Shown here piece by piece: positions 54,464 to 64,000 of a DNA stretch of 64,000 bases. The number at the start of each line of letters is the position of its first letter. Within the stretch, counting starts at the first letter, position 1. Position numbers and translations under genes: made by a program. Under the pieces are notes generated by a model. It did no database searches and was not told the DNA's origin. It worked only from the letters and a program-made list of their open reading frames with translations. This DNA is from an uncultured Gammaproteobacteria bacterium (GTDB taxonomy: Bacteria; Patescibacteriota; Microgenomatia; Levybacterales; GWA1-39-11), in assembly GCA_964531275.1 (NCBI GenBank), contig CAZHDZ010000001.1, forward strand, positions 68,882-132,881. The letters are read 5' to 3'.

Positions 54464-55000
54464 ATGCTTAAAAAAATTCTTCTTGACAGCACAGAATTCC
54501 ACTTTAGCGATTCACACCTTCCAGCACTTATCCACGGGAAAGAAAATGAAGGATCTTCTCTCTTTACCATTAGTATGCTCGCTGATTTGCATAGCCAGGG
54601 ATTAAATGTTGTTGCACTTACAGGATTCGCTATGGCAAGTGATGAGCTCTACAAGCAAATTGGTGAAGAAGGAAAAGACAGGGTAGCAGTTTTTGTAAAA
54701 GAACAAACTCGAGAGTTTTTAGATTTTATTCAAAAACAAAATGATACACATAAAAGAGTAGTGTTGGTACAAAATATAGAGCTATTCGAAAAAGAAGTAC
54801 TCGATGCTGTAAGGGATTTTGAAAAGCTAGTAATAGCAGGAGATATTAGTAAGTGTTCATACAAAGAATCGCTTTTAAGTATTAATTTTGCTACTAAAAT
54901 TTATTTCTCTAAGTTGGATCAATCCCTACCGCCACTTCAGCAGTATGAGGGATATTTAAGTTCTACAAATACCAAAGGCACAATTTCAGTAGAAGTGTAA
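54464..55000 (+). CDS. hypothetical protein (possibly degenerate P-loop fold)
   Basis: LIHGKENEGSS Walker-A-like remnant; TATACT at 54451. Confidence 0.6.
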   Translation: MLKKILLDSTEFHFSDSHLPALIHGKENEGSSLFTISMLADLHSQGLNVVALTGFAMASDELYKQIGEEGKDRVAVFVKEQTREFLDFIQKQNDTHKRVVLVQNIELFEKEVLDAVRDFEKLVIAGDISKCSYKESLLSINFATKIYFSKLDQSLPPLQQYEGYLSSTNTKGTISVEV

Positions 55001-55005
55001 AGCTA

Positions 55006-55536
55006 TTACCAGAGTTTGTCTGTCGGGATTTCAATATCTCCATTCTTAGATAAAATCTTTTCTAGAGTGCCATTCTCAGTATCTTGATAAAAATTTAATT
55101 GTCCATCTTGATTTCTTATATCTAAGCCATTATTTTTGAATACAAATCTTTTTCCACAATCAGTATTAATTGCAAAGCCGCATTTCTCATAAAAGCCTGC
55201 ATTTTTTGGCATGCAGTAGCCCAGTCCAATCTCACTATTTTCTATTAGCCAATTTCTAATTGCAGTCATAACTTCTTTTCCATAACCTTCACCTTTCTTA
55301 TTTGAAACAACTTCAATTACGCCAAATATTTTTAATCTTTGATCCTCAAAGAGAACTGGTTTTACTTCAAAGAGTCCTCCCATAGCCAATATATTCTCCA
55401 CATCTTTTAAGAGAAAGAACGTCTTTTTATTAAGATCATTGCCATCAAATTCAACACCAAATTCCCGAAGGATTGACCCGCGCATCTGAGAAAGTTCTGT
55501 GTCTTGTAATTCTGTACCATTCTTTATTTCTAACAT
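55006..55536 (-). CDS. GNAT family acetyltransferase
   Basis: KKGEGYGKEVM motif A; FYEKCGF. Confidence 0.85.
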   Translation of the reverse strand: MLEIKNGTELQDTELSQMRGSILREFGVEFDGNDLNKKTFFLLKDVENILAMGGLFEVKPVLFEDQRLKIFGVIEVVSNKKGEGYGKEVMTAIRNWLIENSEIGLGYCMPKNAGFYEKCGFAINTDCGKRFVFKNNGLDIRNQDGQLNFYQDTENGTLEKILSKNGDIEIPTDKLW

Positions 55537-55569
55537 TTCTAAATTATAACAGTCTGGTATACTGACATT

Positions 55570-55992
55570 ATGCAAAATAGAAAAGCTGCGCCAGGTTATC
55601 TTCTTCGCCTTGAATTAGGTGAGAAATTCAATGAAACTCTTTTGTCTTTTTGTGAAAAAGAAGGAATAAATGCTGCTCACTTTACAGCAGTAGGAGCGGT
55701 CGAGCAGGTGGAGTTGGGATTTTATGACCTTCCAAGCAAAACATACTCATTCAGGCTTTTTACAACACCGATGGAGCTGGTAAGTATGACTGGGAATATT
55801 TCTTTAGTTGAAGGGAAGCCATTTATTCACGCGCACGGAGTATTTTCAGATGAGAAATTTGCAACTTTCGGGGGGCATGTAAAAGATGCTATCGCTGGGC
55901 CAACTATTGAAATATTTTTAACCTCTCTTGAAGGCGAGATTTCCCGAAAAATGGATGAAGAAATGGGATTGAAGCTTTTAGATCTTAGTTAA
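55570..55992 (+). CDS. PPC/DUF296 domain protein
   Basis: LRLELGE, AVGAV, ELVSMTGNIS, HAHGVF, GGHV. Confidence 0.92.
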   Translation: MQNRKAAPGYLLRLELGEKFNETLLSFCEKEGINAAHFTAVGAVEQVELGFYDLPSKTYSFRLFTTPMELVSMTGNISLVEGKPFIHAHGVFSDEKFATFGGHVKDAIAGPTIEIFLTSLEGEISRKMDEEMGLKLLDLS

Positions 55993-56560
55993 AATATCCT
56001 ACCTCGGCAAGAAATTTCTTTGTAAGGCGCATTGGAAGTCCTGTTAAGCTGTCCATATCTCCACGAAGCTCACGAATATAAGGGGTGAGAAGTGGATCCT
56101 CAGCGATACAAGCACCAGCAGTCCGTAAAATTCTTCCTTGAGAGATCAATTTCTCTATTACATCATCAGGGATAGGGTCAAAAAATACATCAACAATATC
56201 TACGCCTTCAACTTGCTTGCCGCTTTTTGTATCTGTGACAACTACTGAAGTAATTGCTTTTGAAGGGTGCAGTGAGTAACTCTCAAGCCAGCTTCTTGCT
56301 TCATTTTCATCTTTTGGTTTTTCCCTAAGCTCCCCATTACATACAACAACTTGATCTGAGGTTATGAGAACCGCATCATCCTTGATTGTTGGCAGTAAAG
56401 CCTTCGTTTTAGCTCTTGCTATTAAAAGAGGGAGTAACTCGAAGTTGTCATTTCTGATCGCTTTTTCATCAATATCGGCGACCATTACGTCAAAATGGAA
56501 TCCTGCAGCAGTTAGTACTTCTTTTCTGCCAATGGATTGTGAGCCTAATATTAATTTCAT
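55985..56560 (-). CDS. maf: Maf family nucleotide pyrophosphatase
   Basis: LILGSQSIGRKEVL, DIDEK, ITSDQVV, REKP, GLP. Confidence 0.92.
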   Translation of the reverse strand: MKLILGSQSIGRKEVLTAAGFHFDVMVADIDEKAIRNDNFELLPLLIARAKTKALLPTIKDDAVLITSDQVVVCNGELREKPKDENEARSWLESYSLHPSKAITSVVVTDTKSGKQVEGVDIVDVFFDPIPDDVIEKLISQGRILRTAGACIAEDPLLTPYIRELRGDMDSLTGLPMRLTKKFLAEVGYFN

Positions 56561-56688
56561 GCCATTATTATACTTTATCTAATCTGAAAGAATGAAAAGT
56601 TTGTTCAGTCTTTTATATGCCTTCAGGAAGGAGAAAATGTCCTCAGTCTTTACAAGATGTGGCTTAGATCTTGTATAATTAATAACAT

Positions 56689-57447
56689 ATGAGCAGCATA
56701 TATCTTTCAGTCGTGATTCCTTCCTACAACGAAATGGGCAATCTTCGTAAGGGCACACTTTCTAAGGTTCAAAAGTATCTAGAGAAGCAAAAATTTGGTT
56801 ACGAGGTAATTATTGTTGATGATGGTTCTACGGATGGAAGTCTAGAATTCGTAAAAGATTATGCAAAGGATGAAAAGACCTTTCGGGTTATTCAAAATTC
56901 GCATTCAGGCAAAGCTGGGGCAGTAACTTCAGGCATGTTGGACGCAAGGGGAGATTATGTTCTATTTGCAGATATGGATCAGGCAACTCCAATAGAAGAG
57001 CTTGAAAAAGTACTTCCATATATAAAGGAAGGATACGACGTTGTTATTGGCTCAAGAAGTTCAAATAGAAAAGGCGCTCCAATGACTCGCAAGGTTATGG
57101 CAAAGGGCATGATGATGTTGCGTTCGGCGATAGTGGGGCTCCCGGAGATACAGGATACGCAATGTGGGTTTAAGTTATTTTCCAAGAAAGCGTCGCAGGA
57201 TGTATTTAATAATGTTAAGACTAGCCACAATGGATTTAAAACAATACATGGCTCATCAGTTACCGCTGGTTTCGACATTGAGATACTATATGTGGCAAAA
57301 GCGAAGGGCTACAAGATAAAAGAAGTCCCGGTAGATTGGTTGTATGTTGAGACGAGAAGAGTAAGTCCTATTAAAGATTCTGTAGAAGGTTTTTTTGAAT
57401 TATTTAAGATTAGAAAAAAGATTTCATCCGGCAAGTACGGTATATGA
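56689..57447 (+). CDS. GT2 polyprenyl-phosphate glycosyltransferase (Alg5/DPM-like)
   Basis: SVVIPSYNE, VDDGSTDG, GKAGAV, ADMD, DTQCGFK, FDIEIL. Confidence 0.92.
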   Translation: MSSIYLSVVIPSYNEMGNLRKGTLSKVQKYLEKQKFGYEVIIVDDGSTDGSLEFVKDYAKDEKTFRVIQNSHSGKAGAVTSGMLDARGDYVLFADMDQATPIEELEKVLPYIKEGYDVVIGSRSSNRKGAPMTRKVMAKGMMMLRSAIVGLPEIQDTQCGFKLFSKKASQDVFNNVKTSHNGFKTIHGSSVTAGFDIEILYVAKAKGYKIKEVPVDWLYVETRRVSPIKDSVEGFFELFKIRKKISSGKYGI

Positions 57448-57476
57448 CATTCTGTCTTAAAGAATAGGGTTTAACA

Positions 57477-58625
57477 ATGAAAAAATTATTTATTCCCTTG
57501 TGGATATCCGGAAGTTTGTTACTATTCCTTTATTCATATACACAGGTTGATTTGTCTCTAACTCTTTCCAGAGCATCTTTTCTTCAGGTAATCCAGAAAG
57601 CTTTTCAATATGTAGGATGGTTCAATAGGCCGTTATCTACAGTTTTATATATAGGACTGTTTGTTTTTCTTTTCTTTTTGTATTTCTGGACATTAAAATT
57701 GGTTTCAAAGAACCAAATAAATGCGAAGAAATTATGGTTCGGAATATTGTTAGTTACCGGAATTGCGGTTCTTTCATACAATGCATTTTCATACGATCTT
57801 TTTAATTATATTTTTGATGCAAAAATTATAACTTTTTATAATCAAAATCCCTACGTTCATAAAGCTTTGGATTTTCCCGGTGACCCGATGCTATCTTTCA
57901 TGAGATGGACGCATAGGGTGTATCCATATGGACCGCTTTGGCTTGCAATTACTGTCCCACTGAGCTTTATTGGCAATCAAATTTTTGTTGTTACCTTTTT
58001 CCTTTTCAAGCTTCTGATGGGAGGCTTTTTCCTTATCACGGCATGGTCAATTGGAAAAATTGCCGAGAGATTAAAATTAAAGAATTATTTACTACCTATT
58101 GCTGCTTTTGCTTTCAATCCATTTATTCTCGTTGAGTCATTGGTTTCTGCCCATAATGATATTGTTATGATGGGCTTGGGAATGCTTGGTGTGTATTTCC
58201 TGCTGAAGAAAGAATATATCCAGGGGGGCTTGCTCCTTGTATTGTCGATTGGCGTAAAATTTGTGACCCTGCTTTCTGCAGTGCTTTTTATTATCCTCAG
58301 TCTCTTTAAGAAACAACGATATTTTATTGGGGGATCAATAATACTTATGATCCTGGGAGTAATTCTTGCTTCATATAGGACTAATTTCCAACCATGGTAT
58401 CTTCTTTATGTATTTCCATTTGCTGTTCTTATGATTGAGAAGAGATTTGTGCGGTATCCTTTATTCATTTTTTCTATTGGTAATATTATTTACTATATTC
58501 CGTATTTATATACCGGAAATTGGGATGCTCCCATTCCTCTCATTCTCAACTCAATAATAATTGGGTCAGCAGTACTATCTATTTTAGTAAGCCTTTTTTA
58601 TTATGTAACCAAAGGTAAGTCTTAG
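57477..58625 (+). CDS. GT-C mannosyltransferase-like (MptB/GT87-like) membrane protein
   Basis: SYDLFNY, NPY, YPYGPLW, AHND, FQPWY. Confidence 0.8.
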   Translation: MKKLFIPLWISGSLLLFLYSYTQVDLSLTLSRASFLQVIQKAFQYVGWFNRPLSTVLYIGLFVFLFFLYFWTLKLVSKNQINAKKLWFGILLVTGIAVLSYNAFSYDLFNYIFDAKIITFYNQNPYVHKALDFPGDPMLSFMRWTHRVYPYGPLWLAITVPLSFIGNQIFVVTFFLFKLLMGGFFLITAWSIGKIAERLKLKNYLLPIAAFAFNPFILVESLVSAHNDIVMMGLGMLGVYFLLKKEYIQGGLLLVLSIGVKFVTLLSAVLFIILSLFKKQRYFIGGSIILMILGVILASYRTNFQPWYLLYVFPFAVLMIEKRFVRYPLFIFSIGNIIYYIPYLYTGNWDAPIPLILNSIIIGSAVLSILVSLFYYVTKGKS

Positions 58626-58645
58626 TTTTTTGATACAATTGCAGT

Positions 58646-60208
58646 ATGAAAATCTTTAAAAAGTTCATCTTAGAAATAGTAGTGGGTGTTATTCTTGCAG
58701 TCATTTTCTTTGTTACAAGGCTTGTTAACATAACATCTCTGCCGATCTTTACTGATGAGGCAATATATACAAGGTGGGCGCAAATTGCTAGATTTGATTC
58801 AAATTGGAGGTTTATTTCACTAACCGATGGCAAGAACCCTTCTTTTATATGGGCGGATAGCATAATGATGAAGCTTGTTGATGACCCTTTGTTTGCCGGA
58901 CGTTTGGTTTCTGTTTTTTCTGGATTTTTAGTTTGTATTGGTATTTATTTTTTAACAAGAGAAATTTTCAAATCAAAAGAAAAAAATGGTGTACGTATGA
59001 TTTCTCTGATTGCAGTAGTCCTTACAGTTCTATTTCCGTTCCTTTTGGTTTATGACAGATTGGCAATTTACGAAAGTCTAACAGCAGCATTTTTTGTTTG
59101 GACTTTATATTTTCAAATCTTGGTAGTAAGACATATGAGATTGGATCTTGCTATGATCTTAGGCTTTGTGCTTGGTGGATCAGTTCTGACAAAGTCTTCA
59201 GGTTTTCTTTCTTTATATCTCACACCCGCGCTTCTCTTATTGTTCAATTTCTCTGAGAAATTAAGAAAAAAAAGAATAGCAAAATTTGTGATTTTAGTTA
59301 TCGTAAGTGCAGGTATTGCTTACGGGATGTATTCTATTCAACGACTTTCACCGTTCTTTCACATTATCGCAGAAAAAAATACAATTTTTGTCCATCCAAT
59401 AGGTGAGTGGTTGAAGCTACAACCAATGGACAAGGTAGCAAATTTTCAACGTAATTTCATGGGGCTTTGGGATTGGTTTTTGATTTATTTCACACCTCCA
59501 TATATTTTGCTTGCAGTTCTTTCATTCTTCGTATCAAAACGCTTTTTAAAAGAAAAAATATTGCTAGTTGCTTGGTTTGTTATTCCTTTCTTGGGGCTTT
59601 GTGTATTGGGAAAAACACTGTATCCACGGTACATACTATTTATGACCATTCCGTTAATACCATTAGTTGCGTATTCTATCTATAAATTATTTACTCGTTA
59701 TAAAAATGTAGTCTTAAGAGCTATTTTTATTCTTATAATTGCAGCACTGCCATTGAGGATGATGTATTTCATTATCTTTGATTTTGCGAATGCACCTATT
59801 CCCAGACTAGATCTTGAGCAATTTATAAATGGTTGGCCGGCAGGCGGGGGAATCCGTGAAAGTGTAGATTTCTTTAATAAAGAATCAGAAAAAGGTCCGA
59901 TTTATGTTGCAACCCAAGGCACATTCGGGCTCCTGCCACATGCATACGAAATTTATTTTCTTAATAATTCCAATATAACCCTTAAAGGTTACTGGCCAAC
60001 GAATGAAACAATTGATGAAGAGATGTTAAAAGAGGCAGAAACAAAGCCTGTGTATGTTGTTTTTTATCAGGACTGCATGCACTGTGAGCTTCCAGGGATA
60101 GGGCCTACCACATGGCCAATGGATAAGATTGCAAGTTACAAAAAGGGAATAGGCAATACCACGCTTACTATTTATAAAGTAAAAACTCCTAATGCAAAGA
60201 GTGAATAA
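58646..60208 (+). CDS. GT-C (ArnT/PMT-like) glycosyltransferase
   Basis: PIFTDEAIY, DGKNP, GRLVSV, LTKS, PRY. Confidence 0.85.
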   Translation: MKIFKKFILEIVVGVILAVIFFVTRLVNITSLPIFTDEAIYTRWAQIARFDSNWRFISLTDGKNPSFIWADSIMMKLVDDPLFAGRLVSVFSGFLVCIGIYFLTREIFKSKEKNGVRMISLIAVVLTVLFPFLLVYDRLAIYESLTAAFFVWTLYFQILVVRHMRLDLAMILGFVLGGSVLTKSSGFLSLYLTPALLLLFNFSEKLRKKRIAKFVILVIVSAGIAYGMYSIQRLSPFFHIIAEKNTIFVHPIGEWLKLQPMDKVANFQRNFMGLWDWFLIYFTPPYILLAVLSFFVSKRFLKEKILLVAWFVIPFLGLCVLGKTLYPRYILFMTIPLIPLVAYSIYKLFTRYKNVVLRAIFILIIAALPLRMMYFIIFDFANAPIPRLDLEQFINGWPAGGGIRESVDFFNKESEKGPIYVATQGTFGLLPHAYEIYFLNNSNITLKGYWPTNETIDEEMLKEAETKPVYVVFYQDCMHCELPGIGPTTWPMDKIASYKKGIGNTTLTIYKVKTPNAKSE

Positions 60209-61841
60209 GATTTTCACAAACCTTCAGATAGGCTTAATTATTTCCATTTTTTTTATTGGTATTTTCTTTAGATTCTATGGGCTAGGAATGACTCCTTCTG
60301 GCCTTTCAAATGATGAAGTTGACATAGGTTATGACGCATACTCAATTCTTAAAACTGGCAAGGATCAATGGGGTGAAGCACAGCCAGCGCCATATCTCAA
60401 AGGTTTTGGAGACTATAGACCCTCCCTCTACACCTATCTGGTTATCCCTTCGGTAGCCGTCTTTGATCTAAATGCCTATGCAGTAAGATTTCCCGCAGCT
60501 TTAATTGGGTCACTTACAATTTTGCTTGTTGGTGTTCTCTCTTATCTCCTATGGAAAAAACCGTGGATAAGTATAACCTCAATGTTCTTTCTAGCGGTTA
60601 ACCCCTGGCATGTCGGCATGAGTAGGATTGGTATAGAATCTACCGTTGGAGTTTTTATCGCTGCTTTGGCTCTTATTTTCTTTATATCTGGGTTGAGAAG
60701 AGCTAAATTACTTTACCTATCCGCAATTGTATTTGCATTGCTTGTTTATACCTATGCTGCCTATACGATCTTCGCTCCAATACTTATTACTATATCTTTA
60801 ATTGCTTTTAGAAAAGAAATTTCTCGCAAGAATATTGCTATAGCTCTTGCCATTTTTGTTGCCGTTCTACTTCCTTTAATAATTTTTGGTGGCCTTAAGA
60901 CTGCCGGAACTAGATCTTCTCAAGTAAATTTGACAAGAGATTCCGGAACCTTAAATGTTGTAAATGACCAAAGGGGCGAATGCCAAAAAATGATTAGTCC
61001 TATCATCTGCAAAATATTTGTTAACAAACAGTCTATCTTTATAGTTAAATTTGCAACCAATTATATTAGCCATTTTTCACCAGAACTGCTTGCCATTAAT
61101 GGAACTTCTACTCAATATTCAACACTTCCTCAAAGAGGGCTGTTGCATTTGGTTGAATATATCGCCTTTATACTTGGAGTTGTTGTCTTACTTCTTGAAA
61201 AGGGTAAAAGTAACACACTTCTTTTATTATGGATTATTCTTTCCCCCATTCCGGATAGTATAACTGGGGGTGGTCACTATTCTCGATATTTGCTATTGCT
61301 TCCTGCAGTTCAATTAGCAGCAGGTTTTTCACTGCAATTCTTAATTGAAAAAATCCAGTCAAAGAAGCTTTTACTCTTGTTTCCTTTAGGATTTTTACTA
61401 TATGAGGCAGTATTTTTTGGGCTTACTTATTTTTCTTATTTCAGAATTTTCTATGCTAGAAATACCATGTCAGGTTATCAAGAAGCAATGGAATATATTA
61501 AAACCGAAAAAGACAATTACGAAAAAATTGTTATTTCTAGTAGAGTTAATGATACAAAACAATATGCATATTATTTGTTCTTTGCAAAGTATGATCCAGG
61601 ACTTTATCAATCTGGCAAGACCAAAGAGTTAACAATGGAAAGTGACAATTGGATACGAGTAAAAAGAATAGAGAATATTTATTTTCTTAATAAGATTCCA
61701 GACAATATCAATTTACAAAAGACGTTGTTCTTGGCAGCTCCAAAAGAAGTACCAAGACGAGTTAATGTAATTCGTGAAATAAAAGATCTAAAAGGAGATG
61801 TGCTTTTTGTTGTATTTACGCCTAAGGTTGTGACTCGATGA
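60192..61841 (+). CDS. GT-C (ArnT/PMT-like) glycosyltransferase
   Basis: DEVDIGYDAYSILKTGKDQWG, FGDYRP, VRFPAA, PWHVGMSR. Confidence 0.88.
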   Translation: MQRVNKIFTNLQIGLIISIFFIGIFFRFYGLGMTPSGLSNDEVDIGYDAYSILKTGKDQWGEAQPAPYLKGFGDYRPSLYTYLVIPSVAVFDLNAYAVRFPAALIGSLTILLVGVLSYLLWKKPWISITSMFFLAVNPWHVGMSRIGIESTVGVFIAALALIFFISGLRRAKLLYLSAIVFALLVYTYAAYTIFAPILITISLIAFRKEISRKNIAIALAIFVAVLLPLIIFGGLKTAGTRSSQVNLTRDSGTLNVVNDQRGECQKMISPIICKIFVNKQSIFIVKFATNYISHFSPELLAINGTSTQYSTLPQRGLLHLVEYIAFILGVVVLLLEKGKSNTLLLLWIILSPIPDSITGGGHYSRYLLLLPAVQLAAGFSLQFLIEKIQSKKLLLLFPLGFLLYEAVFFGLTYFSYFRIFYARNTMSGYQEAMEYIKTEKDNYEKIVISSRVNDTKQYAYYLFFAKYDPGLYQSGKTKELTMESDNWIRVKRIENIYFLNKIPDNINLQKTLFLAAPKEVPRRVNVIREIKDLKGDVLFVVFTPKVVTR

Positions 61842-63543
61842 GAAGATACGCTTCTTCTTCAATAGGATATCTCATGAGTTCTTGTCCTTTATTAAAGACC
61901 ACTGGACGATTGGGGTACGTAATAGTCTTCAGTATTCCTACATCAGCTTTTTTGCCTTCCGGAGTTGTAATGAGAAGTTGATTTGGTATCTTGGGATCCG
62001 TCTCCCAATTAATAGGACGAATTTCTATATTTGAGAATTTAGTAGGGTATGAAAAACCCTCAGAGTCATCGGGAGACCACACAGCCTCTTTAACAAATTT
62101 TTCCGGAGGGTATAGAAGTTCTGCAAGCAGTATTGAATAGTTAATGCTTGCATCGCGTTCAATAATAATTTTATTGTAGTTACTCCCATTTGCCTTAATA
62201 AATTGTGCAACTTCTCGATCTCCGATATTCCAATATTTAGCATAAAAAATTGGAAATCTTACAAAATAAGATGCCAAGAAATAGAAAATACTGTAAAGAC
62301 AGAACATTGCTGTAACAGCAAGAGCCGTGTATTTTAACTTTGAGCTTTTTTGTTTTAAAAGAAAGCAGACTGCTGCCACTAGTCCAATGCTTGATAAGAA
62401 ACTAATAGGAAAAAGTATGAAAAAGGTTCTAGTTCCTTGAGGTGGATCTCTGGTTATGCTGCTTACTAAAATAAGTTCTACGATCCATGCCAGTATAATG
62501 AATGACTCTTTAGTTTTGGTTCTGAATAATAGTATTCCGCCAAGAACTATAAGAGGTAATTCAAAAATATACCACTGGCCAATATTTCCAGAAGTAGAGC
62601 TTCCAAGAATATCTCCATTCACAAAATAATAGCTTACTGATAAATGCGAAACAATATTATTGATATAAAGCCAGAACGTCATGAAGTAGTAGTTAAATAA
62701 CAGCTTTGAAAGTAATGGATTTATTTCTATAAAATAACTTCTAAATTCCTGCAGTGGTGCTTGAATTTTTGCGCTGGTAAATATTAAAGTGCCCAGCGTT
62801 GAATCGGCACCTCCTTTTGTTATGGCTCCAAAAATGAACGGTAGTAGACAAGCACCAAATGTTAGAAGTAGCGTTGCTGCTTGTTTTGGCACTATGGAGT
62901 GTTTGTTTTTCCAAAGAAAAAACACAAGAGATAGTATGAAGAGCGGCACGAAAAGACGAGCAATGTTATATGTATAGACTGAAAGTGCAAATAGGATTCC
63001 TGAAAGAATAAAGTAAAGCATCCTCTTATCAGAGGTAGCTTTTAATAATAAAAATACCCCAGTGACAATAAATAGGTTTGCGAGGGTGACTTCAAATGCT
63101 GATCTTGAGAAAAAGATAAGCCATGGATTTAACGCCAAAAGAAGTGAGATTCCGATTGGTCCCCATTCATAAAGTGGGTCGTTGTCCTTTTTGTATTTCT
63201 TTAATAATTCTTTTGAAAGAAAGAAGGAAACAACAACTATTAAAAAGCCTGAAAAAGCTGATACAAATCGGATACCAAAAGCATTTAATCCAAATATTGC
63301 AATTGAGGGAACGGTTGCATAAACATATCCAGGAAGCTTATATTCTCCAAACGCCTTAAAATTTTGGGGGTATGTATTGCCATGTTCATCCATGCCGGTT
63401 TTTAGTATTGAATATGCATTGTAGCCAATGGAGGTTTCATCTTCTCGGTATCCATTTGGAATTTCATTAAGCTTATAAAAGCGAAGTGCAAATGCAAGAA
63501 GAAAGATCGCAAGAAATATGATGATTTTACTTTTTCGTAACAT
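61822..63543 (-). CDS. GT-C (ArnT/PMT-like) glycosyltransferase
   Basis: DETSIGYNAYSILKTGMDEHG, FGEYKLP, PWLIFFSR. Confidence 0.88.
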   Translation of the reverse strand: MLRKSKIIIFLAIFLLAFALRFYKLNEIPNGYREDETSIGYNAYSILKTGMDEHGNTYPQNFKAFGEYKLPGYVYATVPSIAIFGLNAFGIRFVSAFSGFLIVVVSFFLSKELLKKYKKDNDPLYEWGPIGISLLLALNPWLIFFSRSAFEVTLANLFIVTGVFLLLKATSDKRMLYFILSGILFALSVYTYNIARLFVPLFILSLVFFLWKNKHSIVPKQAATLLLTFGACLLPFIFGAITKGGADSTLGTLIFTSAKIQAPLQEFRSYFIEINPLLSKLLFNYYFMTFWLYINNIVSHLSVSYYFVNGDILGSSTSGNIGQWYIFELPLIVLGGILLFRTKTKESFIILAWIVELILVSSITRDPPQGTRTFFILFPISFLSSIGLVAAVCFLLKQKSSKLKYTALAVTAMFCLYSIFYFLASYFVRFPIFYAKYWNIGDREVAQFIKANGSNYNKIIIERDASINYSILLAELLYPPEKFVKEAVWSPDDSEGFSYPTKFSNIEIRPINWETDPKIPNQLLITTPEGKKADVGILKTITYPNRPVVFNKGQELMRYPIEEEAYLLIESQP

Positions 63544-64000
63544 ATAGTAATTTTACTGTACAAAGTGCAGCAATTGCCAGACTAATAATTGTTAAGACAA
63601 GTCCGTATTGAAATGTCTTGGGCTCGTATTTAAATTCAATAGTGTGTTCTCCAGAAGGTACCTTAATAGCTCTAAATGCATAATTTGCTTTCAGAATTGG
63701 AGTATTTACCTTGTCGATATAAGCATTCCATCCTGGATAGTATGTGTCAGATAAGTACATAAGAGAATCTGAATCTGTTGTTGTTGCAACTGAAACAGTT
63801 GAAGAAGAGTATTTTGTGACCTTGAGTTGTTGTTTGACCAGTGGTTTGCTAGAAAGATTAGGGTCCGATTCCAGAAGCACACTTTTTGAAGGGTTAAATG
63901 TATCCTTTTCGAATGTATTCTTGAAATCCTGGAAGTTAGAATAAACCATGTACGATTTTGTTAAGAATACCCGAGAGGAGGAGGATAAATTCTCCTGTAC
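63527..64000 (-). CDS. YfhO family protein, C-terminal part (runs off the window)
   Basis: LSDTYYPGWNAYID...ANYAFRAIKVPSGEHTIEFKYEP plus C-terminal TM; frame open to 64000. Confidence 0.88.
   Translation of the reverse strand, partial: VQENLSSSSRVFLTKSYMVYSNFQDFKNTFEKDTFNPSKSVLLESDPNLSSKPLVKQQLKVTKYSSSTVSVATTTDSDSLMYLSDTYYPGWNAYIDKVNTPILKANYAFRAIKVPSGEHTIEFKYEPKTFQYGLVLTIISLAIAALCTVKLLYVTKK

Overview
AT-rich (roughly 35% GC by eye), gene-dense bacterial chromosome segment read in genetic code 11. It looks like a Patescibacteria/CPR genome of Microgenomates type. This is an inference from the many GT-C glycosyltransferases, Pro/Thr-rich surface proteins, pilin fusion, archaeal-type CoA enzymes and widespread leaderless genes. 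It carries about 70 CDS, one tRNA-Glu(CTC), no rRNA and no CRISPR array. The top candidate for an undescribed system is 3727-8687: ICMT-like methyltransferase, OmpR response regulator, an unannotated 37-aa peptide ending in ...LVWTVA with a perfect Shine-Dalgarno, membrane histidine kinase, and a fused class II terpene cyclase/class I (ComQ-like) prenyltransferase. An identical 17-bp OmpR-type direct-repeat box precedes both the regulator and the enzyme. The layout suggests a convergent ComQXPA-like quorum-sensing circuit with a (cyclo)prenylated Trp peptide. Other highlights: a 1349-aa type IV pilin-S53 protease fusion; a Crp/Fnr regulon with three tandem site pairs at identical 23-bp spacing; a GIY-YIG gene with REP-like inverted repeats inserted at the tRNA 3' end; a high-GC fabG with a structured leader; a PPAT-DUF359 CoA fusion; and a second unannotated secreted micropeptide. 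All functional calls come from motifs read by eye; no database searches were run.
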